Assembly (NCBI RefSeq): GCF_001194135.2
Contig: NC_069003.1
Span: 31,226,314-31,290,313, forward strand
DNA: 64,000 nt
From: Octopus bimaculoides
Taxonomy: Eukaryota
Direction of reading: 5' to 3'
Shown here: one piece after another, positions 37,116 to 50,952 of the stretch
Layout: every line of letters starts with the position of its first letter
Position numbering within the stretch: position 1 is the stretch's first letter
Translations under genes and position numbers: made by a program
The notes under the pieces: model-generated
The model's database searches: none
What the model was told of the DNA's origin: nothing
Seen by the model: the letters and a program-made list of their open reading frames with translations, nothing else

Positions 37116-37904
37116 GCCACAAAGAGCAAATTTTCAGTACAGTATGTAATTATTACATCTAATTTGTCTGCCAAAATTTCCAGACGTTGGAGGAAAAAGG
37201 CATTAATTTGTTTAGCTAAATTTGTTACTTGAATTTAAAGAAATTAAAAATGTTCTGTGTATTTTCATGGAACTTAAACATGTCATTTCTCAATCATTTT
37301 CCAAGCTAAAACTGCAATATGTTAAAATTACATTTTTATTCTTTTTGAAATAAAAAAACTATCTCAGTTTAAAAAAAGAAATTGAATGAGGATGAAATTA
37401 GAAGAATAATGGCTTTTATTTTGTCAATATATGAGCTGAAGACTGCAGAAATCTAAAGAAATTATTGATTTGACAAGATTCACATTTCATTGTGTTTTTT
37501 CTTAAGTATATCATTATTCGCCCGCAGCAGTTGGTGAAGGTCAACATTTACTTTTTAATGATAGTGTCTTTACCCTCAAGCAAATTCACTTCTCAACCAA
37601 ATTAAAGGTGGTTGAATTCATTGAAAAAGATTTGTGTTCTGTTATTTTTTCTAATATAATATAACAGGAAATCAGATGGGTAATAAGAAAGTTATGATAA
37701 AATGTTCTCAAAAATCGGAGAGTGCAAATTCTAAGCAGTGTAGCTTTTAGACTATTCTAAGTTGTATAATAACCCAAAATGAGGCATCTACTTTATAAAC
37801 CTTGTCAAAATTGTTATAGTAGAAAAAGACGTGTGTTGTAAAAAGGGGTCAAATTTGAATAAGAGTAAAGCCTAAACTTGTCTTTAAACTAACATATTGC
37901 CATT

Positions 37905-38055
37905 ACTTTAGGAGGTGCACATCATGTGCTGTTTAGCTTGATATGAGATCACCATATCGTGCACATATGGTTGTGATGCATGTGCCTGGTGTACCCTGAT
38001 CAGACGAGTAGTCATGATGGGTATATTGGGCTTTGTATAATTGTACCCCAGTTTC
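37905..38055 (-). mobile_element. Additional interspersed repeat, related to 18220-18285
   Basis: TATTGGGCTTTGTATAATTGTACCCCAGT is the reverse of ACTGGGGTAAAATATACGAAGCCCAATA at about 18255. Confidence 0.55.
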
Positions 38056-39614
38056 AATAATAATAATAATAATTTTTTTAAATTAGGCTCATGGACTTAA
38101 ATTGGATAGAGGGGTTAGTAAATTAAATCAGCCTTATTACTTGGCTGGTATTTTATTTTGTCAACCCTGGAAGGATGAAAGGTAAAACTGATCTCAGTGG
38201 AATTTACTTTCAGAATGGAATAAAGATTGAAAGATAATTAGCTAGCAGCTTTAAGGTGAAGGGGTAAGTTGATATGAACTCCAGTACTTGACTGGTACTT
38301 TATTTTCATTATTTTGGTCCCAAAAGAATGAAAAGCAACGTTGACCTTGACAGGGTTTGAACTCAGACCATAAAGAATGGGAAGAACTATCACAAGATGT
38401 TTTGTTTCATGTTCTAATGATTCTGCCTGCTCACTGCTGTCGATTATGATGATAATGATGGCATTGACTGGACACAAACGTCCCTCGATGATTGGGTAGT
38501 TTGACCATCTCATTGCTGAGGGCAATTGAAAGAACCTCTTCTTGACAAGCATGTGACATTTATCTCTCATCGTTGTAATGTAAGTCAGAAAATGGTTAAC
38601 GAGTCAATTATTGTAATCAACATCATCATTGACACCATCATCACCATCATCATCCTCATCATCATCATCATCACCACCACCACCACCACCACCCTTCCTG
38701 TCGTCATCATTATTTTGTCATTACTGTTTTCATAATCTTGCTCGTTATCTTGATTATCATTTGGAGATTCGTTATTATCAGCATTACGATCAGGACGTCT
38801 GGCAATTGATCATCTTCCTGAGTCACAAAATTATCTCTGCTCCTCCATCATATTCCTCCCCTTCCCCATTCACCAGGTCTGTCCCCACACTCTTACAATT
38901 TACCCAAGCATAAATCTTCTCCCTCTCAGTTTTTTTTCCCCCATTCACTGTATCATCATTATTACTATTACTATTTTGCAACACTTCCCCACCCCACTCC
39001 CCTTCTCTGCATTGTCACTTGTCTCCTTGTTCCTCCTTCCCTCAACACATGTATCACTGATTACACCTCCCACCACCATCACCATTCAACCCCACTCAAT
39101 TTCTACAGTTGTCACCTACTCTTCCCTCCTTCTCCTGTTTGTCATCCCTGTATAACTCTATAATTATTCTTCCTAATATTCAAATTCTGAGCTGGCAAAG
39201 TTGTTAAGCACACTGGGGAAAATGCTTAGTGACATTTCGTCCATACTCTTTACTCTCTTTTACTTGTTTCCGCCATTTGATTGTGGCCATGCTGGAGCAC
39301 CGCCATTGTTGTTGTTCTCATCGCCATCAGCATCAATGTCTTTTATACTTCCTTCTTCACGCTTGCATGGGCAGGAGAGAAGACTCACAGAAACAGTCTT
39401 CTACAGGCGAATTACACACTTTCTTATTGCCAACCAAACCTCACTTGGTTATCAATTAAGTACACGCAGCAGGAAGGGCATCCTGGCCTCCACATCAAAC
39501 GACCTAAAAAAAAGCCACTGAGCTGGTTACAGCAACAGGATATGTTGTTTAAGGAAGACACAGACAATTGCACGGCTGATCAAATGGTAACTATGAAAAA
39601 GACATACTTAACAA

Positions 39615-39975
39615 GCACCCATACACACACATATGTACACACACATTCACACACATACATGCACACACATATACATACATGCACACACACACACACATAC
39701 ACACACATACATACACACATACACACATTCACACACATACATGCATACACACACACATACATACACACACATACACATATATACATTCACACACACATAC
39801 ATACACATACATACACACATACACATACATACATACATACATACACAGACACACATACATACGCACACATATATACACACACATTCACACACATGCATGC
39901 ACACATACACACACACACATATACATACACACACAGACACAAGCACATACACATACATACACAGGTACACACGCA
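39615..39975. repeat. Compound (CA)/(CATA)n microsatellite
   Basis: Direct reading. Confidence 0.95.
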
Positions 39976-40309
39976 TTACATAACAAGAAAATTTCACAGA
40001 ATTTATCCTCAATACTATATTCTAACGGTTTGAATTTTGGTTCAGTGTTTTTTTTTTTAATTTTTTTTTCCAATATTTTACTTGATTCATTCTAATCTCT
40101 TTCATAATTCAAAGACATTTTAAAGACATTTTACTTTACCTCTCTTTTGAGATTCGACAAAACAAAACAAAAAAAGAAAACATAAAAAAACATAAGCCAA
40201 GAAAACCTCCAAAATCGTTTCTATTGAGAAGTAACTAAATTGCATTCCATTCATGAAATATTCTGTACCCATTCATATATTTATTACCTATTCATCTAGC
40301 TACCCTTTG

Positions 40310-40328
40310 ATAATATATATGTGTGTGG

Positions 40329-40360
<32 letters not shown>

Positions 40361-40374
40361 ATGTATGTATATAT

Positions 40375-40443
<69 letters not shown>

Positions 40444-40481
40444 TGTATGTATATATATATGTATGTATATATATATGTATG

Positions 40482-40518
<37 letters not shown>

Positions 40519-40915
40519 GCATACATACACACATACACACACACACACAAACACACTCACACATATACATATATATATACACACATATATATATGCACAC
40601 ATGTATATATATACACACATATATATATGCACACATGTATATATATATCCACATATATATATGTATGCATATCTATCTATCAATACACACACACACACAC
40701 ACATACACACACACATATAAATACACACGTTTATATATCCATATATATATATATGTATGTATGCATATCTATCTATCAGTACATTCCCCCTTCACACACA
40801 CACTCACACACACACACACACACATATATATCCATATATATATGTATGCAAATCTATCTATCAGTACACTCCTACACTCCCACACATACACTCCCCCACA
40901 CACACACACACACAA
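40310..40915. repeat. Compound (TG)/(TATG)/(TA)/(CA)n microsatellite
   Basis: Direct reading. Confidence 0.95.
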
Positions 40916-41082
40916 TGTAATATCTGTTACATCTATTTATTCCTCATCCACCTCCCCATCGTGCTCTTCATTTCCTATTTTCCAGTTACTGGTATGCATT
41001 TCATAGGAACCCTTCAAGAAAAGAAACTTGCTTAAGTGAATCCAATTCTATTTAGCTTTTTTTTTTTCATTAAATTAATAGG

Positions 41083-41205
41083 TGCAGGAGTGGCTGTGTG
41101 GTAAGTAACATGCTTACTAACCACATGGTTCCAGGTTCAGCCTGGGCCAACTAAAACCTTTTGAATGGATTTGGTAGACAGACACTCAGAGAAGCACATT
41201 GTATA
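41083..41205 (+). mobile_element. SINE family A (internally deleted)
   Basis: CAGGAGTGGCTGTGTGGTAAG..GGATTTGGTAGAC. Confidence 0.75.
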
Positions 41206-41235
41206 TATAGGTATATATTTTATTTAATTATAATG

Positions 41236-41553
41236 TTAATAAATAATATTTTCAAAATGATTTCCATCATTTTCAATGCATAACTTGATGTGCCTTGCAA
41301 AATTCAGGAGAACTCGATTAAATAAGTCTTCATTGCCATCAATTTCAGCACACTGACTGGTAATATGTTCTCACATGTGGTTTAAATCCGTAATCTTTAT
41401 TGAGTAAACTTTCTCTTTCAACATACCCCAGAAAAAGAAGTCAAGGGGAGAAAGGTCTGGTGAACAAGGAGACCATTATCATTATTACTTATATTTAATT
41501 GTTTATGTTATGATTTTATTTACTCCATGTAGCCAGACTTTGTGGACACCCTG
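41236..41553 (-). mobile_element. Deleted Tc1/mariner-superfamily element: 5' TIR fused to transposase C-terminus
   Basis: TA-CAGGGTGTCCACAAAGTCTGG terminus; WSPCSPDLSPLDFFFWGMLKEKVY...CIENDGNHFENIIY*. Confidence 0.85.
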
Positions 41554-42313
41554 TAGAATAGATGCCATATATAAGACAGTAGGCAAATCTTTGTCTTCTA
41601 AACAAGATCAGATATATTCAAGTTGTTGTTTTAAACAATTACTCAAAAGTCATTCCGATGCATAGATCTGGTTTTGAAAGTAAATTCTTCATGTGTCTGT
41701 GGAGTGATCAGCCACTTGCTTGTTAATTCCATGAGCAGGCTATTCTGTTAATCGGATCAACTAGAATCCCCGTCATTGTAACTGAGAGAAGACCAGTATT
41801 TTTTATTTTTTATTTTTAGAAATGCAGACAACAGTCTTTTATTTGTTTATTCATTTTCATAGTTTATCGAGTGAGCAACTGTTGGAAATATTCTTCTGCT
41901 TTTGCGAGAAAATATCAAATATTGAAAGAAATAGGCAATCATCTCATTTATTACAGATAAAAGAAACATTATTGCTACAATCGGTGCAAGGAATAAAAAA
42001 AATGTCGACGACGTTAATTATTTCTTATGACTTGTATATATGAATTTATTTCTTTGTTGCTATGATACATATCTCAGTTTATCAAACAGATCTAGAAGAG
42101 AAAATACAATCATGTAAATACAGAGGCACATATACACGTACATGTATGTAGATGCACATTTACATATACATATGCTTACATACATACATGCATACATGTT
42201 ACATATGTACATATATGCATATATGTTTGTGTGTATGCAATATAATCAAATGCATACACACACACACATATATATATATATACATACATACATACATATA
42301 TATATATTATTTT

Positions 42314-42431
42314 GTGTTCGACCGTGTGACATGTTTAAATAAAAGGAGTCCTCTGTTTTTCCATTTGTCACCATTTCAACTTTTTGAGTTCGCACGGTCG
42401 TTCTTACAATTGGTGACCCCGACGTGATTCG
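42314..42431 (+). mobile_element. LTR 3' end plus tRNA-Trp primer-binding site
   Basis: AATAAA, ...TTACA end (42408), 2-nt spacer, TGGTGACCCCGACGTGATTCG (42411-42431) complementary to the recalled tRNA-Trp 3' end including CCA. Confidence 0.75.
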
Positions 42432-42815
42432 TTCATACAGCCCTTCTGATCTGTACAGCCCAACGTGAAAAGTTCACATAACTTTTCCAAAAATGGTGAC
42501 TAAATGCCAGTAATAGACCACCTTTATATACTTATATTTATATATTTGATCCTTTATATTGAACACTCTATTTCATCTACATTCAATACTTTATTTCGTG
42601 GTGCCATCCATTTTTATTTTATTTTATTTTATATTATATATTGTATATTATATTATATATTGTATATTCCATATTCTATACCCCACATTGGTTCTGCAGG
42701 AATATAAATAAAACATAAAAAACAGACAGTGTTGAAACTCTTTTAAACAAAATAATATATTCCTCTATACACAATCACACAAAAGAAAAACCCTTTTTTT
42801 GTATTTATTTTTACT

Positions 42816-42876
<61 letters not shown>

Positions 42877-43029
42877 GCACAGGCATGGCTGTGTGGTAAG
42901 AAGCTTTTGCTTCCCAACCATATGGTCCTAGGCTCAGTTACACTGCATGATACCTTGGGCAAGAATAAACTGGTTCTTTTTCTATTGGCAAGAAATCTTG
43001 AAATAAACTGAATACAAACTTACATACAT

Positions 43030-43865
43030 ACATATATGGGTACACATCATAAAAAAAAAACACAAACAATAGAAGGGATTGATCATGTCAAAAGTTTGGC
43101 ATGGAGTTCTGAGAAGTTTATGACATCCCACTTCGAAGGCTGCCTCCATGCAATTCCAGAACAAGAGATCTCCACCAAGTACCGACAGCAAAAAAAGAAG
43201 CAAACATTGGCGGGCAACAAATGTAGGCTGTGCAAGACCAAGACTAAAGACATCAACCACATTATTGCCATCTGCAAGAGAATGTCTTCCAGATATTATC
43301 TTCCCATGGGGCATGATGCAGAGACCAGAAGCGTTTAGAGCAGAACAGCAAAAAAGAAAATGCCTAGAGATGAAGCCGACTATATCGAGAATAAATACTG
43401 GTGGAACTTAAAAATTAAAATAGCAATCAAGTTAAAACACAACTGGTCAGATATTGTTGTGTGGGACCACAAGGAAAAGATATGTTGTGTTGTGGAAATC
43501 AGGTGTCCCCTGGACATGAATGTGGTTAGAAAAATACAGGTGAAAGGGGACAGGACATCTATGAACCATTAATAAGGAGTTTACGAATCCAGTACCCGAG
43601 ATACCTTTTCAGCTTCATACCCATTATTATTGGAGCAACAGGATACATACCAATTTGCCTGGAGCAGAATATGGCTGAACTTGGGTTATGGAGAAGAGGA
43701 TACAAATCCTTAATTCATACACTACAAATAATCCGGGATTATAAAAATATGCAAGATCTTCTTAAGATTTAAAAGATGACGAACAAAATAGGATGCTTTC
43801 CTTCACAAGCTAGCCACCAAGCAGGTAGCCGGTCAAAATTCATTCTAACTTGCAAAGAACGAGAA
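43030..43865 (+). mobile_element. R4/Dong-like LINE 3' remnant
   Basis: FEGCLHAIPEQEISTKY..KCRLCK..INHIIAIC (CCHC), YWWNLKI..NWSDIVVWDH..CVVEIRCPLDMN (REL), IIIGATGYIP; 3' UTR ends at (CA)n. Confidence 0.88.
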
Positions 43866-44880
43866 CATATAAACACACACACACACACACACAGAGTTAT
43901 ATATACTCATATATATATATATGGTTGTTTATAGCACAATAGAAGCTGTGTAATGCTAGTGGTTGTGATTGTGCTAAATTCCGTTACTGTTGTGTCTTGT
44001 CAAATGTCGGAGTATTTAAAAGTATTGATTATTTATATAGGATCTATTGGCTGTTGTTTCTTTTCCTTTGATTCTCTCCAACAAACAATTTACTCCACGA
44101 GGTTTTTCAGAATAAACGGAAAACAAATTTCTGTATTTTTATGCTGATGTAATATATTCTTGACTTAAAGAGGCCTTCCATGTTATTTCTGTATATATTT
44201 CATCCATCATCAACACGATCATGACACGCAAAAGGAAAAAATAAAAATACAGAGAAATTGCTATTTGTTATAAAATCTATAAGCATGGAAAATGCCTTTG
44301 ATCTAATAATTTATATAAATTCTTTGAATCACATCAATACTGTGTAGATGTCGATGCTATCAATAACTTTTTCACCAAATTCATTCCATGTCCAAGAAAA
44401 AGAAAAGTATTGTAATTTGACTGATGTTTATTTTCGTGTGAGCATTCCTGTTTGGAGCTGCTGAAGTTTCTAACTAGCTGAACTTTTCAACATGTATCAC
44501 TTCTCAGCAGTTAGATGCTGTTCTCTTTCTTTCTTCACTTATGCTGGATAATAAATGCTTTCCACTAACAAAACACCAAGTACAACAACACCACCAACAA
44601 AAAATAAACAAAATGGAAGCTGAAGAATTATACAGTAAAGTTCACGAGTTTAGATAAGTTTGTATGTTAAGAGATATACTGGAATCTAACATATATCAGG
44701 ACTGTCTAAGGTGGCAAGATGGAAGAGTGGTGAATCTTGAAGCAGAAAAAGCTGTAAATAATAGAGTGTAAATAATGGGTTCAAAAATGGTATAATTAAT
44801 AGCTTTATCTGCTTTGAGATTTACTGTTCCAAAATTAAATTATTTCACATTCTCGAAGTCTTCTAAATTCTTATGATGTG

Positions 44881-44918
<38 letters not shown>

Positions 44919-45019
44919 TGCTTCAAGAAAAGTTTTACCAGACTGAGCAGGTCTCCTCATTGAACTATATATTACCAGACATTCTGTCCTTTGTCAATTC
45001 CTCAGTGTAGTTCATGATC

Positions 45020-45420
45020 CTGAGATCAGCCTTCACCATTTTGTCCTATTTGCAGTCTCCATCCATGTTATTAAAGTGAGTGGCACATCTATATATAGCT
45101 ATCCTTATCCATATGCATCACATGTCCATACCAGTGCAGTCTTCTTTCGGCTTCCTTTTATGCTAAATTTTTCTTGCAACACATTTGCCCTATGTCTTTC
45201 ATGCAATGGAACATGCTACCTTCATTTCTTTCCAGTCTTCTACATTCAGGGCCCATGTTTCTCTCCCATGCAGCATTGCATTTCTGACACAAGCATCGTA
45301 CAATCTGCCTTTCATTTTGAGGACAGCTTGTATGATGCTTGGGTATATTCGTTACTCACAGCAGTTGAAGTTCCCAGAACTTTGTCAAACCCTGGGTATT
45401 ATATTTTCAGAGCAACCATC
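45020..45420 (-). mobile_element. RTE LINE 3' remnant
   Basis: KGRLYDACVRNAMLHGRETWAL and RRLHWYGHVMHMD on the minus strand, frameshifted. Confidence 0.75.
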
Positions 45421-45840
45421 TCTTCTGTCTATTTAGTCTTCTAGGTAATAAAAAATATTGACAACATCTCTATGACCCATTCAGGCATTTAAGAGACTCT
45501 ATTTCTAATGTGCTCAGAGTACGTACTGCTCCAATGCATCAGCCACATGTGAGGCTTACTTTCTTCATTTGTCTGCCTGCGATTCCATTAAATATCTTGT
45601 GTGTACATCGCATCAAAGTTTCCTTTTCCACAGAAAGACATTTTAAAATTTAAATTTGGATTAAAAACAAAACAAAATCTCACCATCTTGAAGAAAGAAA
45701 ATTCCATAAAATGAATCAGAGTCTGGATTATATTATTATCTTTTTAGCATTCTTCAATTTATTTCAGTTGCTTCATTTACATTATTTTGCAGTCAATAAA
45801 GAGAAATAATTTAAAATTAAGAAAAATTGGGATGGGTTAC

Positions 45841-45936
45841 AGATTGAATTTGGTTTAATAACAGCTACAGCAGCTGTATAATGACTTCCTGGTTTTTCTT
45901 CATGTGCAAAAGGCATTTTGCAAACATCATTTCCAT
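45841..45936 (-). CDS. Candidate 96-nt coding exon, unknown gene
   Basis: T-rich tract-caag| acceptor; open frame GNDVCKMPFAHEEKPGSHYTAAVAVIKPNSI; weak donor gtaacc. Confidence 0.25.
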
Positions 45937-46309
45937 CTTGTATTAACAAAAATAGCAAAAATTTTGCACAAAGGAGGTGACAAAAATACATTTATCAAAT
46001 CTCACTGTATTGATAAATAATTCAGATATTTTGATTATATTTCACTTAAGTATTAATATGAGTCAGGAATTCCAAATCATTTCTTTCAATACCCAAACAC
46101 ACACACAAACACACACACACACAGAATTATACAGCTGTATAAGATTATATATACTCATGTATCTATAAATTCGAACTAGTGGCTGCATTAATATTAATAT
46201 CGGTATTTTCTGCATGATTTTGCATGTATTTTCTTATATCAGGTTACATTATAATGTACTCCATATATATGTACGTATGTATATACATATGCATGCATGT
46301 GTTTGTGTG

Positions 46310-46368
<59 letters not shown>

Positions 46369-46663
46369 GTTGAAATACAGACAAATGTTAGCAGATGTAA
46401 GAAATGTAATTATATGAAGCCTACATGTTACAATCAAGTCATAACCATATAATTACAACTGTTTCGAATAATCGATGACTGTTTGATATAACTATGCATA
46501 TTAAACAAGCAGGTACAGTACTGAGACAATTATTAGGTATAGATGAAAGCAAAATAAAATATCAACCAACACAAATTTTTATAGCTTCTTGGAACAGATG
46601 GGATCTAACCATTCTATCTCCTTTGGAAATAGCATTAGAATAGTCGACATTTTAGATATTAAT

Positions 46664-46850
46664 TAAGGTGGCAAGCTGTCAGAATAATTAGCAGGCCAGG
46701 AAAAATGCTTAGCATTTCATTCATCTTTACGTTCTGAGTTCAAATTCTGTTGAGGCTGGCTTTGCTATTCACCCTTTGGAGTCAATAAAAAAAGTACCGG
46801 TAGAACACTGGGGTTGATGTAATCGACTTACCACCTTCCCCACAAATTTG
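46664..46850 (+). mobile_element. SINE family B
   Basis: AAGGTGGCAAGCTGTCAGAA..TACGTTCTGAGTTCAAATTC. Confidence 0.75.
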
Positions 46851-47774
46851 AGATCAATATTTTATGCATTACTTGAGATCAATATTTTACACATTACTCT
46901 AGATGATGATGATAATGGCGACATCTTGTATAATCTACGATGCTCCCACCATTGTTAACTCTAACTCAACAGTATTGTATTCATGCAGGTGGTATATAAG
47001 AGTAATTTATTTACTGAATCTTCCTACTTTTCTATGTATAATTGTACAGAATTGTACATTTACAAAATGATTCTATTTATATATTGCTAAGGAGGTCTTA
47101 TAATACCAAAGAATGTACAGAGTTGTCTCCCCTACCAGCTACACAACTTAAAACATAAGTCATTGACTAGAATTGACTTTGTTTTGCTTTTTGTCACCAC
47201 ATAATTATTTCTTATAAACATATTTAATGCTCTCTGTTCTAACTATATTAATTCTCTAACTCAAGTGAAATGCAAATCCTGATTTTCTTTGGTAAAACGA
47301 AACCATATAAATAATTAGGAGGCAAATCAATCATCTTATTGATCATCCATCGTTTTGAGATCAATCATGTAGCTACTACTTCTTCAGAGATATTAGCTCA
47401 AACATTCCCCTATCATAAAACAGCTTTGAGCTATCTCGTTAACATTACTTTAGATTAGAAATTTCTTTCCGTAATAAGCTTATGGCAGACTGCTTATTGA
47501 TTGTTAAACGTAACCTGACCGAAAAAAGACAGAGAATTAAAAGCAAGCAGAACCAAACTTAGCAAAGACAATTACAGAGATTCCACAATATCATGAAAAA
47601 AATAAAATAAAATAAAATAAAAACAAATCCAACAATATTCTTTTAGTCAAATGAAATTTTATGAAACTTCTCTCACATTGTGCCAAGAGCAGAGTAAGAA
47701 CATTATTTACTGACATCCATTATTTGCCAAAAGAGGAAAATTTTTTATTTCTTTATTGCTTTGCACATGTGTTA

Positions 47775-48282
47775 AGGTGCATAGCCTTGTGGTTAAGGTG
47801 TTGGCCTCATGATGATTAGGTCATGTGTTCGATTCTTAAACCAGGTAACACAATGTGTCCTTGAGCAGGGCACTTCATTTCCAGTTGCTCCAGATCACTT
47901 AGCTGACTGTGAATACCAGTGGCAATTGGGATTAAAACCCTGTAAGAGACTGTTGTTCCATTTAGCGGCTTAGTGGTTAGGGTATTTGGCTCATGGTCAT
48001 AAGGTTGTGAGTTCGATTTCTGGTGGCGTGTTGTGTCCTTGAGCAAGACACTTTATTTCACATTAATCCAGTCCACTCATCTGGCAAAAATGAGTTGTAC
48101 CTGTATTTCAAAGGGCCAGCCTTGTCACATTCTGTATCATGCTGAATATCCCTGAGAATCATGCTAAGAGTTATGCATGTCTGTGGAGTACTCAACCACT
48201 TACACATTAATTTCATGAGCAGGTTGTTCCATTAACTGGATCAACTGGAGCATTCATGATCATAACCAATGGAGTGCCATTT
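47775..48282 (+). mobile_element. Tandem SINE family F (head fragment 47775-47945, full copy 47960-48282)
   Basis: GCTTAGTGGTTAGGG..GAGTTCGATTTC..CCTTGAGCAAGACAC..GGATCAACTGGA..GGAGTGCCA. Confidence 0.8.
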
Positions 48283-48418
48283 AAAGGAGAGAAATTCTCA
48301 CATTCTCAGTCAATTAAATACCTTGAGAATCTGGGAAAAGCACTTCCATACTTGCAGCATTTATCTCAAACAGGTGAGGCATTCTTGTAATACTGCCAGA
48401 TCAGAGACTTCAAGAAAT

Positions 48419-48669
48419 GGAGGTGAGGGGGCTCAGTTCTTTTTGAACGGGCCTCACAGAGGTGAGATGGCTGAGTTCCTATCGAGTGTTGGGCCTCACA
48501 GAGGCAATGTGGCCGAGTTCCTTTTGAGTGTCAGGCATCATGGAGGCAAAGTGGCTGAGTACCTTTCGAGTGTTGGGCCTGATGGAGGTGAGGTGGCTAA
48601 GTTCCTTTTGAACAGGCCTCACTGAGGTGAGACGGCAGAGTTCCTTTCGGGCATTGGGCCTCGTGGAGG
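48419..48669 (+). repeat. Degenerate 42-bp minisatellite (about 6 units)
   Basis: GGGCCTCACAGAGG....GTGGCTGAGTTCCTTT.GAGTGTT units at 48449, 48491, 48533, 48575 (39 bp) and 48614. Confidence 0.85.
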
Positions 48670-49259
48670 TTCTTGTCAACTGCCAGGTAAATTCTCATCA
48701 ATGCTCAAGACATTTTCTTTTTTCTGTCTGTCTCTCTCTTTTCCTTTTGTGAAGGCTCAGTAGGTAGTGGCAGATCTGAAGAAATAGTCTTTGTGGGTGC
48801 AGAGAGAGATATTTGGTTCTGTGAATATATGAATGGCAGCATCAATACTAAGCAGTGATGAGGAACAAACGAACTTCAGGTTAGTTTAAATATGTTTGTG
48901 ATGTGTTCTAACTTCTAAAGGCAAATTTCCTTCAGTTAACTGTGGGAATAAAAAAAATCTTTCCGGTGGTAAAATGTGTAAAAAAAAACATGTCTACTAA
49001 AGCACCCCTTAGTGGATTCCCAGGCCTGTTTCTGGCTCTTTAGACTTCCTCAATGGGAAATATTGAAGAGAGACGACTCTGGGCAGATTGAAAGCCATAG
49101 TTTTATCTAAAAACAGTCAACATCAGTGAATGAGCTGCACTTGCATATCACCTGGCTGGAAGAGAAATAGCAGCATCAGAAGGAAGCAGTGTTGACGAAC
49201 AAACTTTAGCTTAGTCAAAATATGTCACAGACATATTTTGACTAAACTGAAGCTCATAT

Positions 49260-49299
<40 letters not shown>

Positions 49300-49306
49300 G
49301 TGTATA

Positions 49307-49339
<33 letters not shown>

Positions 49340-49533
49340 GTGACACGTAAAAGCACCTACTACACTCTCTGAGTGGTTGGCGTTAGGAAGGGCATCCAGC
49401 TGTAGAAACTCTGCCAAATTTAGATTGGAGCCTGGTGTTGCCATCCGGTTTCATCAGTCTTCAGTCAAATCGTCCAACCCATGCTAGCATGGAAAGCGAA
49501 CGTTAAACGATGATGATGATGATGATGATGATA
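49340..49533 (+). mobile_element. Young family E copy
   Basis: Near-identical to 1-135 and to the reverse complement of 53335-53520. Confidence 0.9.
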
Positions 49534-49840
49534 TANNNNNNNNNNNNNNNNNNNNNNNNNNNNNNNNNNNNNNNNNNNNNNNNNNNNNNNNNNNNNNNNN
49601 NNNNNNNNNNNNNNNNNNNNNNNNNNNNNNNNNNNNNNNNNNNNNNNNNNNNNNNNNNNNNNNNNNNNNNNNNNNNNNNNNNNNNNNNNNNNNNNNNNNN
49701 NNNNNNNNNNNNNNNNNNNNNNNNNNNNNNNNNNNNNNNNNNNNNNNNNNNNNNNNNNNNNNNNNNNNNNNNNNNNNNNNNNNNNNNNNNNNNNNNNNNN
49801 NNNNNNNNNNNNNNNNNNNNNNNNNNNNNNNNNNNNNNNN

Positions 49841-49921
<81 letters not shown>

Positions 49922-50540
49922 GGTGTATATATATATATATATATAGACATACCCCCTACACACACATATATATATATGTGTGTGTATGTATGCATGTATG
50001 CACAGGCATACATTTTACAAGCTACATGTTTTTCGGTTCATTTCTAATTTCAAAGCATTATTCTTTTATTCTTAAGAAATGGTATTTCCATATTAAAACA
50101 TATATAAAGTATGTTTCAGGTTGAATTGCTGGAATGTACTTATTAGCTGCCATTATATTCATACTGAATTAATGCTGCCACATCTCCATTTTTAATATAT
50201 TGTCTATTGAATATTCCTGTCTTATAAATCAAATAAAAAAAGATGAATGAAGATTACTTTAAGTTTCTGTCTTATTAACATCATATCATACAGATGCAAG
50301 TGTACAACTATATATATATATATATATCCACATACACATGCACAGAAGCTTATATATATGTATATATATACCTGTGCAAAAGTGTGCAAAATGCTGTGAA
50401 TGTTTGCCAGCTATATATACAGTTTATAGCTCTATACACAGTTTATTATCATTTAATGAACTCCAGCTTGGTTTTTGTTTACACTTCTGTAGCTTGCATA
50501 AAGCAGAATATTGTTAGTGTATGCCTGTTTATGTGTTTAC

Positions 50541-50633
<93 letters not shown>

Positions 50634-50741
50634 AATACACACACACATAAACAAATAGATATATAGATATGGATGTATATAGATTATATAAATATATACA
50701 TATTATATATACATATATTATATATATACACACACATACAT

Positions 50742-50778
<37 letters not shown>

Positions 50779-50952
50779 CGGTTTAGATATAGATTCAAGG
50801 CTTGAATATGGTACTTATGCGAAGGCACCCGAATATCACATCCCAAAAGGATGGGTGATTAAAATCAAATAATAAGCAACACGGATTTCAAAAGTGATTG
50901 CAGTACGCACGTTTCATGCTACTTCAATTTATTTAAGTAATGTGAGCATTAC

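Noticed and set aside
39281-40920. H/T/Y/I/V/C-rich ORFs of 100-250 aa
   Set aside because: Translations of (CA)/(TA)/(TG) microsatellites
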